Positions 14,452 through 24,567 of a DNA stretch of 32,000 nucleotides are shown here, in pieces. Location of the stretch: positions 96,715-128,714 of the forward strand of contig CAZIYE010000002.1 of the NCBI GenBank assembly GCA_964543385.1, given 5' to 3'. Numbering within the stretch: position 1 is the stretch's first letter; each line of letters begins with the position of its first letter. This DNA is from an uncultured Candidatus Saccharibacteria bacterium. Lineage in GTDB: Bacteria > Patescibacteriota > UBA1384 > XYA2-FULL-43-10 > 1-14-0-10-43-13. The translations under genes were made by a program, and so were the position numbers. The notes beneath the pieces are model-generated. The model worked only from the letters and a program-made list of their open reading frames with translations, was not told the DNA's origin and made no database searches.

Positions 14452-16623
14452 ATGAAAGAAATTGCAAAAGCCTACGACCATCAACAATTTGAAGAACCCA
14501 TCTATAAGCACTGGGAAGACTCTGGTTATTTTAAGCCTGAAATAAATATGGGCAAAAAGCCAGAATATGACAGAGAAATTGACGGTAAGCCTTTTGTTAT
14601 CTCTATGCCACCGCCGAATGTAACAGGTAAGTTACATGTTGGCCACTCGTTGTTTATTACATTGCAAGATATAATGATCCGATATCATCGCTTGAAAGGC
14701 GAACCAACTCTTTGGCTGCCAGGAACAGATCATGCAGGTATTGCCACTCAAACTGTAGTCGATAAAATGCTTAAGAAACAAGGAATCGACAAGCGAGAGC
14801 TTGGCCGTGAAAAATTCATTGAAGAAGTGTGGAAATGGAAAGAAGAGTACGGAGGTACTATTACTAGACAACTCCGTCGTATGGGCGCTTCTTGTGACTG
14901 GTCAAGAGAGAGATTTACGCTTGATGAAGGCCTTAGTTTCGCTGTTCGTAAAGCCTTTGTTGATCTCTATAAAAAAGAGCTGATATATCAGGGGCTTAGA
15001 GTTGTGAACTGGTGTCCTCGTTGTCGTACAGCTATTGCTGATGATGAAGTCGAATATCAAGAACAGAAATCAAAATTATATTGGATCAAATATGGTCCCT
15101 TTGTATTGGCGACTACTCGTCCTGAAACTAAATTAGGTGATACTGCAGTTGCGGTCAATCCAAAAGATAAAAGATACCTTGATATGGTTGGCAAAAAGTA
15201 TATGATTCCGGGAGTTTTAGGTGAATTTGAGGTCATAGTGGTTGCTGACAATGCGGTTGATCCCGCGTTTGGTAGTGGTGCGGTAAAAGTCACTCCCGCA
15301 CATAGCTTCGCGGACTACGAAATTGCTCAACGTCATAACCTTTCAATGAAGCAGATAATCGATGAAAATGGTCGTATGATGGCTAATACTGGTAAATATG
15401 CCGGAATGAAGACCTCTGAGGCCAGAGAAGCCATAGTGGCGGACATGGACAAGCTGGGATTAATTGATCATGTAGACGAATATGATAACAGTCTTCCGAC
15501 TTGCTATCGTTGTGGAGGAACTATCGAGCCGATTCCATCGAAGCAATGGTTTGTTAAGATGAAAGATCTTGCCAATAGGGCAAAGAAAGTTGTTGAAGAT
15601 GGAAAAATGGATATAATTCCTGATCGTTTCAAAAAGTTGTATATCCAATGGATGGAAAATATTCGCGACTGGTGCGTGTCTCGTCAAATTTGGTGGGGTC
15701 ATCAGATCCCAGTTTGGTATAGGGGTGATGAGATCTATTGCGGCATGGAAGCTCCCGATGGTAAGGATTGGAAACAGGATCAAGATGTGCTCGATACTTG
15801 GTTTTCCTCTGCCTTGTGGCCTTTTTCAACCCTTGGTTGGCCAGGGGAGACAAAGGACTACAACTATTTTTATTCCACAACAGTAATGGAAACTGGTTAT
15901 GATATTTTGCCTTTCTGGGTAGCTAGAATGGCTACTTTTGGTCTCGAATTTACCGGCAAGGTACCTTTTGAAACTGTTTATTTTCACGGCCTAGTTCGCG
16001 ATGAAAAGAATAGGAAAATGAGCAAATCTCTTGGCAATGTTTTAGACCCTCTCGATATTATTCCAAAATATGGCACGGATGCTCTTAGGATGGCGCTTGT
16101 AGTCGGTTCAGCTCCTGGTCAAGATTTAGCAGTAGGGGAGTCAAAGATTAAGGGCTATCGTAATTTCTCTAATAAAATATGGAACGCTTCCCGGTTTGTT
16201 CTGCTGCAAGTTTCAAATGGGGATTTAAGAACCGGTGAAATTGGTGCAGCAAGGTTAGATAGTTTAGACATAAACAAAGCAACTCTAACTAATCAAGACA
16301 AAGCTATACTAAAGGATTTAGAAAATGTTAAAAAGTCCGTCACGGAGAAATTAGACAAGTTCAGATTCTCTCAAGCAGGAGAGGAATTGTATGAATTTTT
16401 CTGGCATACATTTTGTGACATCTATATAGAAAAAGCAAAAGAACAAATTGCAGATGAGAAGTTCAAGGATAATACTAAAAAAATATTGATAAAAATCCTC
16501 TCTGAATCCCTAATCCTTCTTCATCCTTTTGTGCCTTTCGTCACTGAGGCTGTATGGCAGGAGCTTCGGAAGGTATATCCAGATCTCTCCAAATCCATCA
16601 TGATTTCAAGATGGCCTCTATAA
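14452..16623 (+). CDS. valS: Valyl-tRNA synthetase (compact)
   Basis: NVTGKLHVGHSL (HIGH), LATTRPETKLGDTAVAV (editing domain), RKMSKSLGN (KMSKS), DWCVSRQIWWGHQIP. Track start 14389 adds a non-homologous 21-aa leader; ATG at 14452 preferred. Confidence 0.95.
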   Translation: MKEIAKAYDHQQFEEPIYKHWEDSGYFKPEINMGKKPEYDREIDGKPFVISMPPPNVTGKLHVGHSLFITLQDIMIRYHRLKGEPTLWLPGTDHAGIATQTVVDKMLKKQGIDKRELGREKFIEEVWKWKEEYGGTITRQLRRMGASCDWSRERFTLDEGLSFAVRKAFVDLYKKELIYQGLRVVNWCPRCRTAIADDEVEYQEQKSKLYWIKYGPFVLATTRPETKLGDTAVAVNPKDKRYLDMVGKKYMIPGVLGEFEVIVVADNAVDPAFGSGAVKVTPAHSFADYEIAQRHNLSMKQIIDENGRMMANTGKYAGMKTSEAREAIVADMDKLGLIDHVDEYDNSLPTCYRCGGTIEPIPSKQWFVKMKDLANRAKKVVEDGKMDIIPDRFKKLYIQWMENIRDWCVSRQIWWGHQIPVWYRGDEIYCGMEAPDGKDWKQDQDVLDTWFSSALWPFSTLGWPGETKDYNYFYSTTVMETGYDILPFWVARMATFGLEFTGKVPFETVYFHGLVRDEKNRKMSKSLGNVLDPLDIIPKYGTDALRMALVVGSAPGQDLAVGESKIKGYRNFSNKIWNASRFVLLQVSNGDLRTGEIGAARLDSLDINKATLTNQDKAILKDLENVKKSVTEKLDKFRFSQAGEELYEFFWHTFCDIYIEKAKEQIADEKFKDNTKKILIKILSESLILLHPFVPFVTEAVWQELRKVYPDLSKSIMISRWPL

Positions 16624-16750
16624 ACAGTCTTTAGTAGTAGTCAGCTGTTTGTCGATTAAATAATTTCTATTTGGTCTTTTCTATATTGTTTTAGTTGTCA
16701 TATTCTAGGATTATTTTGTTAAATATCATTAATCAACATTATTGCCACAA

Positions 16751-16909
16751 ATGGTTGGATTTTTAGCAAAAACAAGTAGTAAACAGCATAAAAAAGAACA
16801 GATAGCTCAAAAAAGAAGGCAAAGATTTCGAGCTAAGCTTTGGCAGCACAGTAATAAATATGTTGACATGTGGTTTAAAAAAATTAAAAGTTTTTTTAAC
16901 AGGAGATAG
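16751..16909 (+). CDS. Small very basic hypothetical protein (52 aa)
   Basis: MVGFLAKTSSKQHKKEQIAQKRRQRFRAKLWQHSNKYVDMWFKKIKSFFNRR*, stop directly abutting the ATG of 16910. Not in the ORF track. Confidence 0.45.
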   Translation: MVGFLAKTSSKQHKKEQIAQKRRQRFRAKLWQHSNKYVDMWFKKIKSFFNRR

Positions 16910-17413
16910 ATGGCTGGAAGAAGAAAAAAGCAAATAGCAATCGGTACAATCATGGCCCTTATAATTATTCTTGTAGTTGTATTCTTTTATGGAATTAAGG
17001 CAGATAATAGGCAGGATAATCCAGAAATAACAAGTATACGGACTGATAGCTTTGATGAGAAAGTACATAATGTAGAGCCCGACAAAGCGTATTTAAGAAG
17101 TATAGATACAGAAGGGTTTGGTTTAACAAAAAGGATCTATGCAAACGGCAAGTTTATGCATACTGTGAGTGCAAGTTTGCCGCTAGTAGAGGATCCGGAG
17201 TTTTACCAGGGATGGCTTGTTAAGCCTGGCAATGATGTTGATAAAGAAGAATTTATTGCGACAGGAAAACTTATTTATACTGAGAGTGAATTTTTTCTCT
17301 TTTATGAATCGGATCAGGACTTGAAAGATTTCTCAAAAATTATAGTTTCGAAACAGATTCAAAATGATGCTGTTCCTAATAGCTATGTTCTAGTCGGATC
17401 ATTTGCAAACTGA
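16910..17413 (+). CDS. Membrane-anchored extracytoplasmic protein, anti-sigma-factor (RskA) C-terminal-like
   Basis: N-terminal TM (IAIGTIMALIIILVVVFFYGI), then YQGWLVKPG...FIATGKL...DFSKIIVSKQ...SYVLVGSF. Confidence 0.5.
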   Translation: MAGRRKKQIAIGTIMALIIILVVVFFYGIKADNRQDNPEITSIRTDSFDEKVHNVEPDKAYLRSIDTEGFGLTKRIYANGKFMHTVSASLPLVEDPEFYQGWLVKPGNDVDKEEFIATGKLIYTESEFFLFYESDQDLKDFSKIIVSKQIQNDAVPNSYVLVGSFAN

Positions 17414-17415
17414 TT

Positions 17416-17444
17416 TTGACAAAATAGCAGATATCGCCTAATAT
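17416..17444 (+). promoter_or_regulatory. Sigma70-type promoter upstream of the thioredoxin-like gene
   Basis: TTGACA (17416-17421), 17 bp, TAATAT (17439-17444). Confidence 0.6.
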
Positions 17445-17484
17445 AAATGTATTAAATTATTTAGGCAAAAACCAAGGAGAGCAT

Positions 17485-17949
17485 ATGAGTAACAATTTAA
17501 AAACTTTTCTATTCATACTTTTAGCAGTTTTCTTAGTTTCTGGAGGGCTTATCTTTATAAGCGCAAAGTCAAAGAAAAGTGCTGATAGCAATACAACTAC
17601 CCAAAGCGAGGACGGCGGAGTAGCTGGTGCGTCGACTCAGGACGAAAAAAGTGAAGGGAAAAAAGATAGCGCTTATATTGAAAAGTTGGCAAAGTTTATG
17701 GCTGAAAAGGGTATGGTCATGTTCGGTGCATATTGGTGCCCGCACTGTGTCGACCAGAAAAAGCTTTTCGGTGATGCCTTCAAATATGTTGACTATGTTG
17801 AGTGCGATGAGAAGGGTCCAAATGCAAATCCAGACGAATGTGTGGCAAATGGAATAGAAGGATACCCAACGTGGGTTTATCAAGGTCAGCAATACGGTGG
17901 CTATAAATCTTTCTCCGAGCTTGCAAAAATAGTAGGATTTAACGAATAG
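17485..17949 (+). CDS. Membrane-anchored thioredoxin-like protein (VKOR-associated type, CPHC active site)
   Basis: TM FLFILLAVFLVSGGLIFI; FGAYWCPHCVDQKKLFG...YVECDEKGPNANPDECVANGIEGYPTWVYQGQQYGG. Confidence 0.85.
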   Translation: MSNNLKTFLFILLAVFLVSGGLIFISAKSKKSADSNTTTQSEDGGVAGASTQDEKSEGKKDSAYIEKLAKFMAEKGMVMFGAYWCPHCVDQKKLFGDAFKYVDYVECDEKGPNANPDECVANGIEGYPTWVYQGQQYGGYKSFSELAKIVGFNE

Positions 17950-17970
17950 TATTATAAAGGTCTCTTAAGG

Positions 17971-17998
17971 AATGTCCCAAGAAATTGGGACATTTTTT
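17971..17998 (+). terminator. Rho-independent terminator
   Basis: aatgtccca-agaaat-tgggacatt + tttt; perfect 9-bp stem. Confidence 0.85.
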
Positions 17999-18093
17999 AA
18001 ATAATAGTTCTTGTTATCTGTGCGATGTTGTTATTCGGATTGCAAAAGCAGCGCAATTAATGGTAATTGCTTGGGGATAACCCGTGTTATTAA

Positions 18094-18117
18094 TTTAAAA
18101 TTTAAAATTTAAAATTT
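18094..18117. repeat. Short AT tandem repeat (tttaaaa)x3.4
   Basis: tttaaaatttaaaatttaaaattt. Confidence 0.8.
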
Positions 18118-18221
18118 CAGCAAGTGCGTTTGACAAGATAAAATTAACAGCTTCAGCATTTACTATTTTATATGATTACGGATCGTTAATTATAGATTAT
18201 TTAATTTCGAGCACATATTTG

Positions 18222-18251
18222 TTGACAGTTGAGCTTAGACACGAATAAAAT
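18222..18251 (+). promoter_or_regulatory. Sigma70-type promoter
   Basis: TTGACA (18222-18227), 18-bp spacer, TAAAAT (18246-18251). Confidence 0.6.
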
Positions 18252-18350
18252 ATTAATTAAGTAATCGATTATAAGGCTATCAATATTTTCTGTCTCCTTC
18301 TGTGAGCTGAAAGTAGAGGCGCCAATATATACGGAAGGAGGTGAATTAGA

Positions 18351-18494
18351 ATGGAAGCATATTGCGTAAAATGCAAGGCTAAGGTTGAGATCAAAAATCC
18401 TCAATCAATTACTATGAAAAATGGTAAGCCAGCAACATCAGGTGAGTGTCCAGTTTGTGGCACAAAAGTTTTCAGAATTGGCGCTGCTAAATAG
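18351..18494 (+). CDS. Small zinc-ribbon protein, DUF5679-like (47 aa)
   Basis: MEAYCVKCKAKVEIKNPQSITMKNGKPATSGECPVCGTKVFRIGAAK*, strong SD aaggaggtg. Below the ORF-track size. Confidence 0.85.
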   Translation: MEAYCVKCKAKVEIKNPQSITMKNGKPATSGECPVCGTKVFRIGAAK

Positions 18495-18531
18495 TTTTCG
18501 AATAAATTTTTGTTTTTGATAAACGCAAGAG

Positions 18532-18557
18532 TGTCCCCGTACATCGGGGGCATTTTT
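18532..18557 (+). terminator. Rho-independent terminator
   Basis: tgtccccg-tacat-cgggggca + ttttt. Confidence 0.75.
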
Positions 18558-18603
18558 GTGGAGAATTGAAAAAAGTCGGCAGAAGTATTATATTTTATAT
18601 ATT

Positions 18604-20019
18604 ATGAAAAGATCAGAATTGTTTTTTGCCTTTCTACAAGTGCCCGTTGACGCAGCCATGATGGTGTTCGCTTTTGTCGCCTCCTATTATTTGCGAATGG
18701 GGCTAGAATCAGTACCTGATTTCAACAACATTGGCGTTGATGATTATTTGAGATACGCACTATTTTTGATTCCCGTATGGATACTAATTTTTGCTGCCAA
18801 TGGGCTGTATTCAATAAAAAACACGACTGGTTTTTTGTTTGAGTTATATAGAATAGCCATTGCTACATCTGCAGCTATCTTATTTTTTATCATGATAATT
18901 TTTTTCACCAAGACACTATTCTTTTCTAGATTAATTTTAGGATTCATCTGGATCATCAGCGTTGTAGCTCTCATGACGGGGCGTTTATCATTGAGATTAG
19001 TAAGAAAATATTTGTTAAAAATGGGTTTGGGCGTAAGGAATGTATTAATTATTGGCAATAACATTGTTTCCAAAGAAATCAATTACGAGCTTTCGCGTAC
19101 TTACTCCGGGTTCCATGTTGTCGGTGTTCTAGGAGAAGAGGATCATCTTTCTACGGGTCTTAAAGTTGTCGGTGATCTTGATAATCTTCCGATGATTATC
19201 AAGAAGTATGGGATTGATGAAGTTATTCTAACTGAAAGCAAGATAAGTGAAACTAAAATGATTGATATCATCGAGAGTTGTTATGACCTAAAAGCTGGGT
19301 TTAAATATATTCCAGATGTCTTTGCTCTTATGTCGGCTAATTTTAAACCAGGATTAATAGGGTCTATGCCTGTAATGGAATTAAAATCTATCCCACTAGA
19401 CGGTTGGGGAAGAATTATCAAAAGAATTTTAGACATAGCTCTCGGCCTAATTGCCTTAATTATCCTTTCGCCGTTATTTATAATTATCGCAATAATTATA
19501 AAGCTTTCTTCTAAGGGCCCTGTGATGTATCTGCATCAACGTGTTGGTCGGGATGATAAAGTATTCAATTTTTATAAGTTTCGCTCGATGTATTATGACC
19601 AGTGTGATTTTAAGGGCGGAGTCTATTGGACTACTAAAGAAGATGAAAATACTAGAATAACGCCTGTAGGTAAAATACTACGAAAAACCAATTTGGACGA
19701 ATTGCCACAGCTTTGGAATATAATAAAAGGAGATATGAGCTTTGTCGGTCCAAGGCCAGAGCTACCAAAACTGGTTGAAAAATTTGAAAAAGAAATTCCT
19801 GAATATTTCAGACGACACAAGGTAAAATCAGGACTAACAGGATGGGCTCAAGTGAATGGATTAAAAGGGGATACTTCAATAAAAGATAGGGTAAGATATG
19901 ATATCTATTACATAGAGAACTGGTCTTTGTGGTTAGACTTCAAAATTATTATTAAGACGATATGGCTGGTTATTTATGAAATCTTCAACGGAAAGTTTGA
20001 ATATCGCTCTCGTTCATGA
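18604..20019 (+). CDS. Polyprenyl-phosphate sugar-1-phosphate transferase (undecaprenyl-phosphate glucose phosphotransferase-like)
   Basis: KRILDIALGLIALIILSPLFIIIAIIIKLSSKGPVMYLHQRVGRDDKVFNFYKFRSM...KTNLDELPQLWNIIKGDMSFVGPRPE...RHKVKSGLTGWAQVNG. ATG at 18604 preferred. Confidence 0.92.
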   Translation: MKRSELFFAFLQVPVDAAMMVFAFVASYYLRMGLESVPDFNNIGVDDYLRYALFLIPVWILIFAANGLYSIKNTTGFLFELYRIAIATSAAILFFIMIIFFTKTLFFSRLILGFIWIISVVALMTGRLSLRLVRKYLLKMGLGVRNVLIIGNNIVSKEINYELSRTYSGFHVVGVLGEEDHLSTGLKVVGDLDNLPMIIKKYGIDEVILTESKISETKMIDIIESCYDLKAGFKYIPDVFALMSANFKPGLIGSMPVMELKSIPLDGWGRIIKRILDIALGLIALIILSPLFIIIAIIIKLSSKGPVMYLHQRVGRDDKVFNFYKFRSMYYDQCDFKGGVYWTTKEDENTRITPVGKILRKTNLDELPQLWNIIKGDMSFVGPRPELPKLVEKFEKEIPEYFRRHKVKSGLTGWAQVNGLKGDTSIKDRVRYDIYYIENWSLWLDFKIIIKTIWLVIYEIFNGKFEYRSRS

Positions 20020-21103
20020 GTGGATTACAAATGTGGCAGGCGCTGAAAGAGTTCTTCTCGCACTAAAAGAGCTTTTTCCTAAAGCACCTATTTATACGGC
20101 GGTGTTCGATCCGGAAAAAGCAAAACCATTCAAAAAATTTGATGTTAGAACATCTTTTTTGCAAAATGTTCCAATGATGAAAAGTAAAAGAGAATTATTA
20201 GTTCCCCTAACGCCGTTTGCTTTTGAACAATTTGACTTATCTGAGTATGATCTTGTTATATCGAGTACCACTGTTGCTGCCAAAGGGATTATAACTAAGC
20301 CAGATACTTTGCATATTTCATATTGTCATACTCCTCCAAGGTATTTATGGGAGCCTGATACCGACCCCAGAGCTCGTAAAGGCAAGTTTAGTTGGCTTCG
20401 TGAGGCTACTATTCACAATATGCGTCTTTGGGATAGAGTAGCGGCTGATCGTGTTGATAAGTTTGTTGCAAATTCTAAATATATAGCAAAGCGTATTAAG
20501 AAATACTACGGCCGGGATGCGGCAGTAATATATCCTGGGGTTGATACTAATAAATTTACTCCTGGGGATATCACTGATGTTAAGGACTACTATCTTTTTG
20601 TCAGCCGTTTAGTCGATTATAAGCGCTGTGATATCGTTGTCGAGGCTTTCAATAAACTCAATATACCCTTAAAAGTCATAGGAAGAGGTCCAGAGAGAGA
20701 AAAATTAATGAAGATAGCTAATGATAATATTGAATTTTTGGGGTATCTTTCTGATGATGATATGAAAAAGTATTACCGCGAGGCTAAAGCATTCATCTTT
20801 GCTGCAGAAGAAGACTTTGGTATCGTTCCCGTGGAGGCTATGGCCTGTGGGCGTCCAGTGATTGCTTTTGGTAAGGGAGGAGCAACAGAATCTGTTGTTG
20901 AAAATGTCACAGGAGTATTTTTTCCAGAACAGACCGCTGCGAGCGTTATCGAGGCTGTAAACAATTTCGACTCTTCCAAATTCAACCCTGACCTAATCAG
21001 AAAACACGCCGAGAAATTTTCAGTCGATAGATTTAAAAAGGAAATTCTTGATTATATAGAAAAAATTATTGAAACTAAAAAAATAGCAAATAAAGGAGAG
21101 TAG
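19976..21103 (+). CDS. Glycosyltransferase family 4
   Basis: NIALVHEWITNVAGAERVLLALKELFP ... FVSRLVDYKRCDIVVEAFNKL ... EDFGIVPVEAMACGRPVIAFGKGG. Overlaps the preceding gene by 44 nt. Confidence 0.9.
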   Translation: MKSSTESLNIALVHEWITNVAGAERVLLALKELFPKAPIYTAVFDPEKAKPFKKFDVRTSFLQNVPMMKSKRELLVPLTPFAFEQFDLSEYDLVISSTTVAAKGIITKPDTLHISYCHTPPRYLWEPDTDPRARKGKFSWLREATIHNMRLWDRVAADRVDKFVANSKYIAKRIKKYYGRDAAVIYPGVDTNKFTPGDITDVKDYYLFVSRLVDYKRCDIVVEAFNKLNIPLKVIGRGPEREKLMKIANDNIEFLGYLSDDDMKKYYREAKAFIFAAEEDFGIVPVEAMACGRPVIAFGKGGATESVVENVTGVFFPEQTAASVIEAVNNFDSSKFNPDLIRKHAEKFSVDRFKKEILDYIEKIIETKKIANKGE

Positions 21104-22242
21104 TGAAAAAAGTATTAATCACAATTGCATTCATGATGGTCGTTGTATTACCTGTTTCTGTCAGAGCTGCTTTTCTTGAGGCGGCTGATGACGTTAACGG
21201 AGGAATAGAGAATATTAGCAAAGATCAAAATGTCGAGAATGCCTATTTAGCTGGGGAGACCATAAATGTTGATGGAGATGTTAAAAAAGATTTAATAGCC
21301 GCCGGTTCAGTTATAAACGTTAATGGTAAAGTTGAAGACGACTTGATTGCCGCCGGTTCAAGCTTGAATATCAAAAATTCCATTGGCGGTTCTGCTAGGG
21401 TTGTTGGATCGACTATTACTATAAGTGAAAATATCAATGAAGATCTGTTTGCAGCTGGGGCTGAAATTCTAATCTCCGAAAAGGCAAAAGTTGCTGGCGA
21501 TTTTATATTTATGTCTGGCAAAACGGATATAAAAGGCGAGGTTGGCGGCAGTATTAAGGCTATCGGCGGGGACGTTGTGATTTCTGGAAAGGTCAAAGGA
21601 GATATATTATTAAGGAATATCAATAAACTAGTTGTTGAGGATACTGCCGAGGTATCAGGAAAAATCGTGTATTACTCGCCAAATGAAGCATTGATTGAAA
21701 GCGGCGCAAAAATTGTTGGTGGAGTTCAATACAATAAAATAGATCAACAACTGGATAGCTGGGGCTCATACGCAAAAAAAATGACATGGGGGATAACCCT
21801 TTATCAGATCATAGGATCCTTATTGCTATTGCTCATTTTCATCTATTTTGCACCAAAGATATCCAAAAAGATTGTTGAAGAGTTTTACGCAAATTCATTG
21901 TTAAATATGGGTTGGGGTATCGTTACTTTTATCGTTTTACCAATAGTGTCACTGATATTGCTCGCTCTTTCCTTTAAGCTGACGATAGTTTTGATGTTAT
22001 TCTACTCTCTTTACATGGTTCTTGGATCAACATTTACATCTCTAGCGGCTGGTAGCTGGGCTTGGAAAAGTATTACTAAAGCTCAAGAGTATGAAGTTAA
22101 TTGGCAATCAGTTCTTTTGGGTGTAGTCCTTACAACCTTGCTATCTTTTGTGCCAATTATTGGCAGTTTTGCGCTATTTGTACTTTTAATAATCTCTTTC
22201 GGTGTCCTTATTAGACTTACATTTGTCTCTCTGAGAAAATAG
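21103..22242 (+). CDS. Secreted/membrane bactofilin-like (polymer-forming) beta-helix repeat protein with C-terminal TM domain
   Basis: Signal-like N-terminus, repeated DGDVKKDLIAAGSVINVNGKVEDDLIAAGSSLNI...GEVGGSIKAIGGDVVISGKVKGDILL, then about four hydrophobic segments. GTG start. Confidence 0.75.
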   Translation: MKKVLITIAFMMVVVLPVSVRAAFLEAADDVNGGIENISKDQNVENAYLAGETINVDGDVKKDLIAAGSVINVNGKVEDDLIAAGSSLNIKNSIGGSARVVGSTITISENINEDLFAAGAEILISEKAKVAGDFIFMSGKTDIKGEVGGSIKAIGGDVVISGKVKGDILLRNINKLVVEDTAEVSGKIVYYSPNEALIESGAKIVGGVQYNKIDQQLDSWGSYAKKMTWGITLYQIIGSLLLLLIFIYFAPKISKKIVEEFYANSLLNMGWGIVTFIVLPIVSLILLALSFKLTIVLMLFYSLYMVLGSTFTSLAAGSWAWKSITKAQEYEVNWQSVLLGVVLTTLLSFVPIIGSFALFVLLIISFGVLIRLTFVSLRK

Positions 22243-22262
22243 GCAAATAATCTGTATTTAAA

Positions 22263-22301
22263 GAAATACCGCCTGCTGACCTTGTCTGGGCGGTATTTCT
22301 G
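22263..22301 (+). terminator. Stem-loop terminator
   Basis: agaaataccgcc-(15 nt)-ggcggtatttct, perfect 12-bp stem, then gtctttt. Confidence 0.75.
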
Positions 22302-22312
22302 TCTTTTGGACT

Positions 22313-22341
22313 TGCGACCCTCTAGCAAAAAATGCTAAAAT
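22313..22341 (+). promoter_or_regulatory. gyrB promoter candidate
   Basis: TTGCGA (22313-22318), 17 bp, extended TGcTAAAAT (-10 at 22336-22341). Confidence 0.55.
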
Positions 22342-22386
22342 CAGTTTAGGAGAAAAATCACAGTAGTTGTGATTATTTGTTTGTGA

Positions 22387-24519
<2,133 letters not shown>

Positions 24520-24567
24520 TCGTATAAGAATAGCGAATAAGTGAATATTTAGAATAGGAACAACGAT

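Noticed and set aside
14632-15880. ORFs overlapping valS (14632..14871 -, 14801..14983 +, 15057..15293 -, 15460..15783 -, 15629..15880 -)
   Set aside because: valS has full-length synthetase motifs on the + strand; these are chance shadow ORFs.
16763-17068. Minus ORF 16763..17068 (101 aa)
   Set aside because: Overlaps the + strand membrane-anchored protein with an apparent SD; translation is hydrophobic and serine-rich with no motif. The + strand 52-aa ORF is more plausible, though not certain.
18201-18404. Minus ORF 18201..18404
   Set aside because: Overlaps the promoter, SD and start of the DUF5679-like gene; no homology-like motif.
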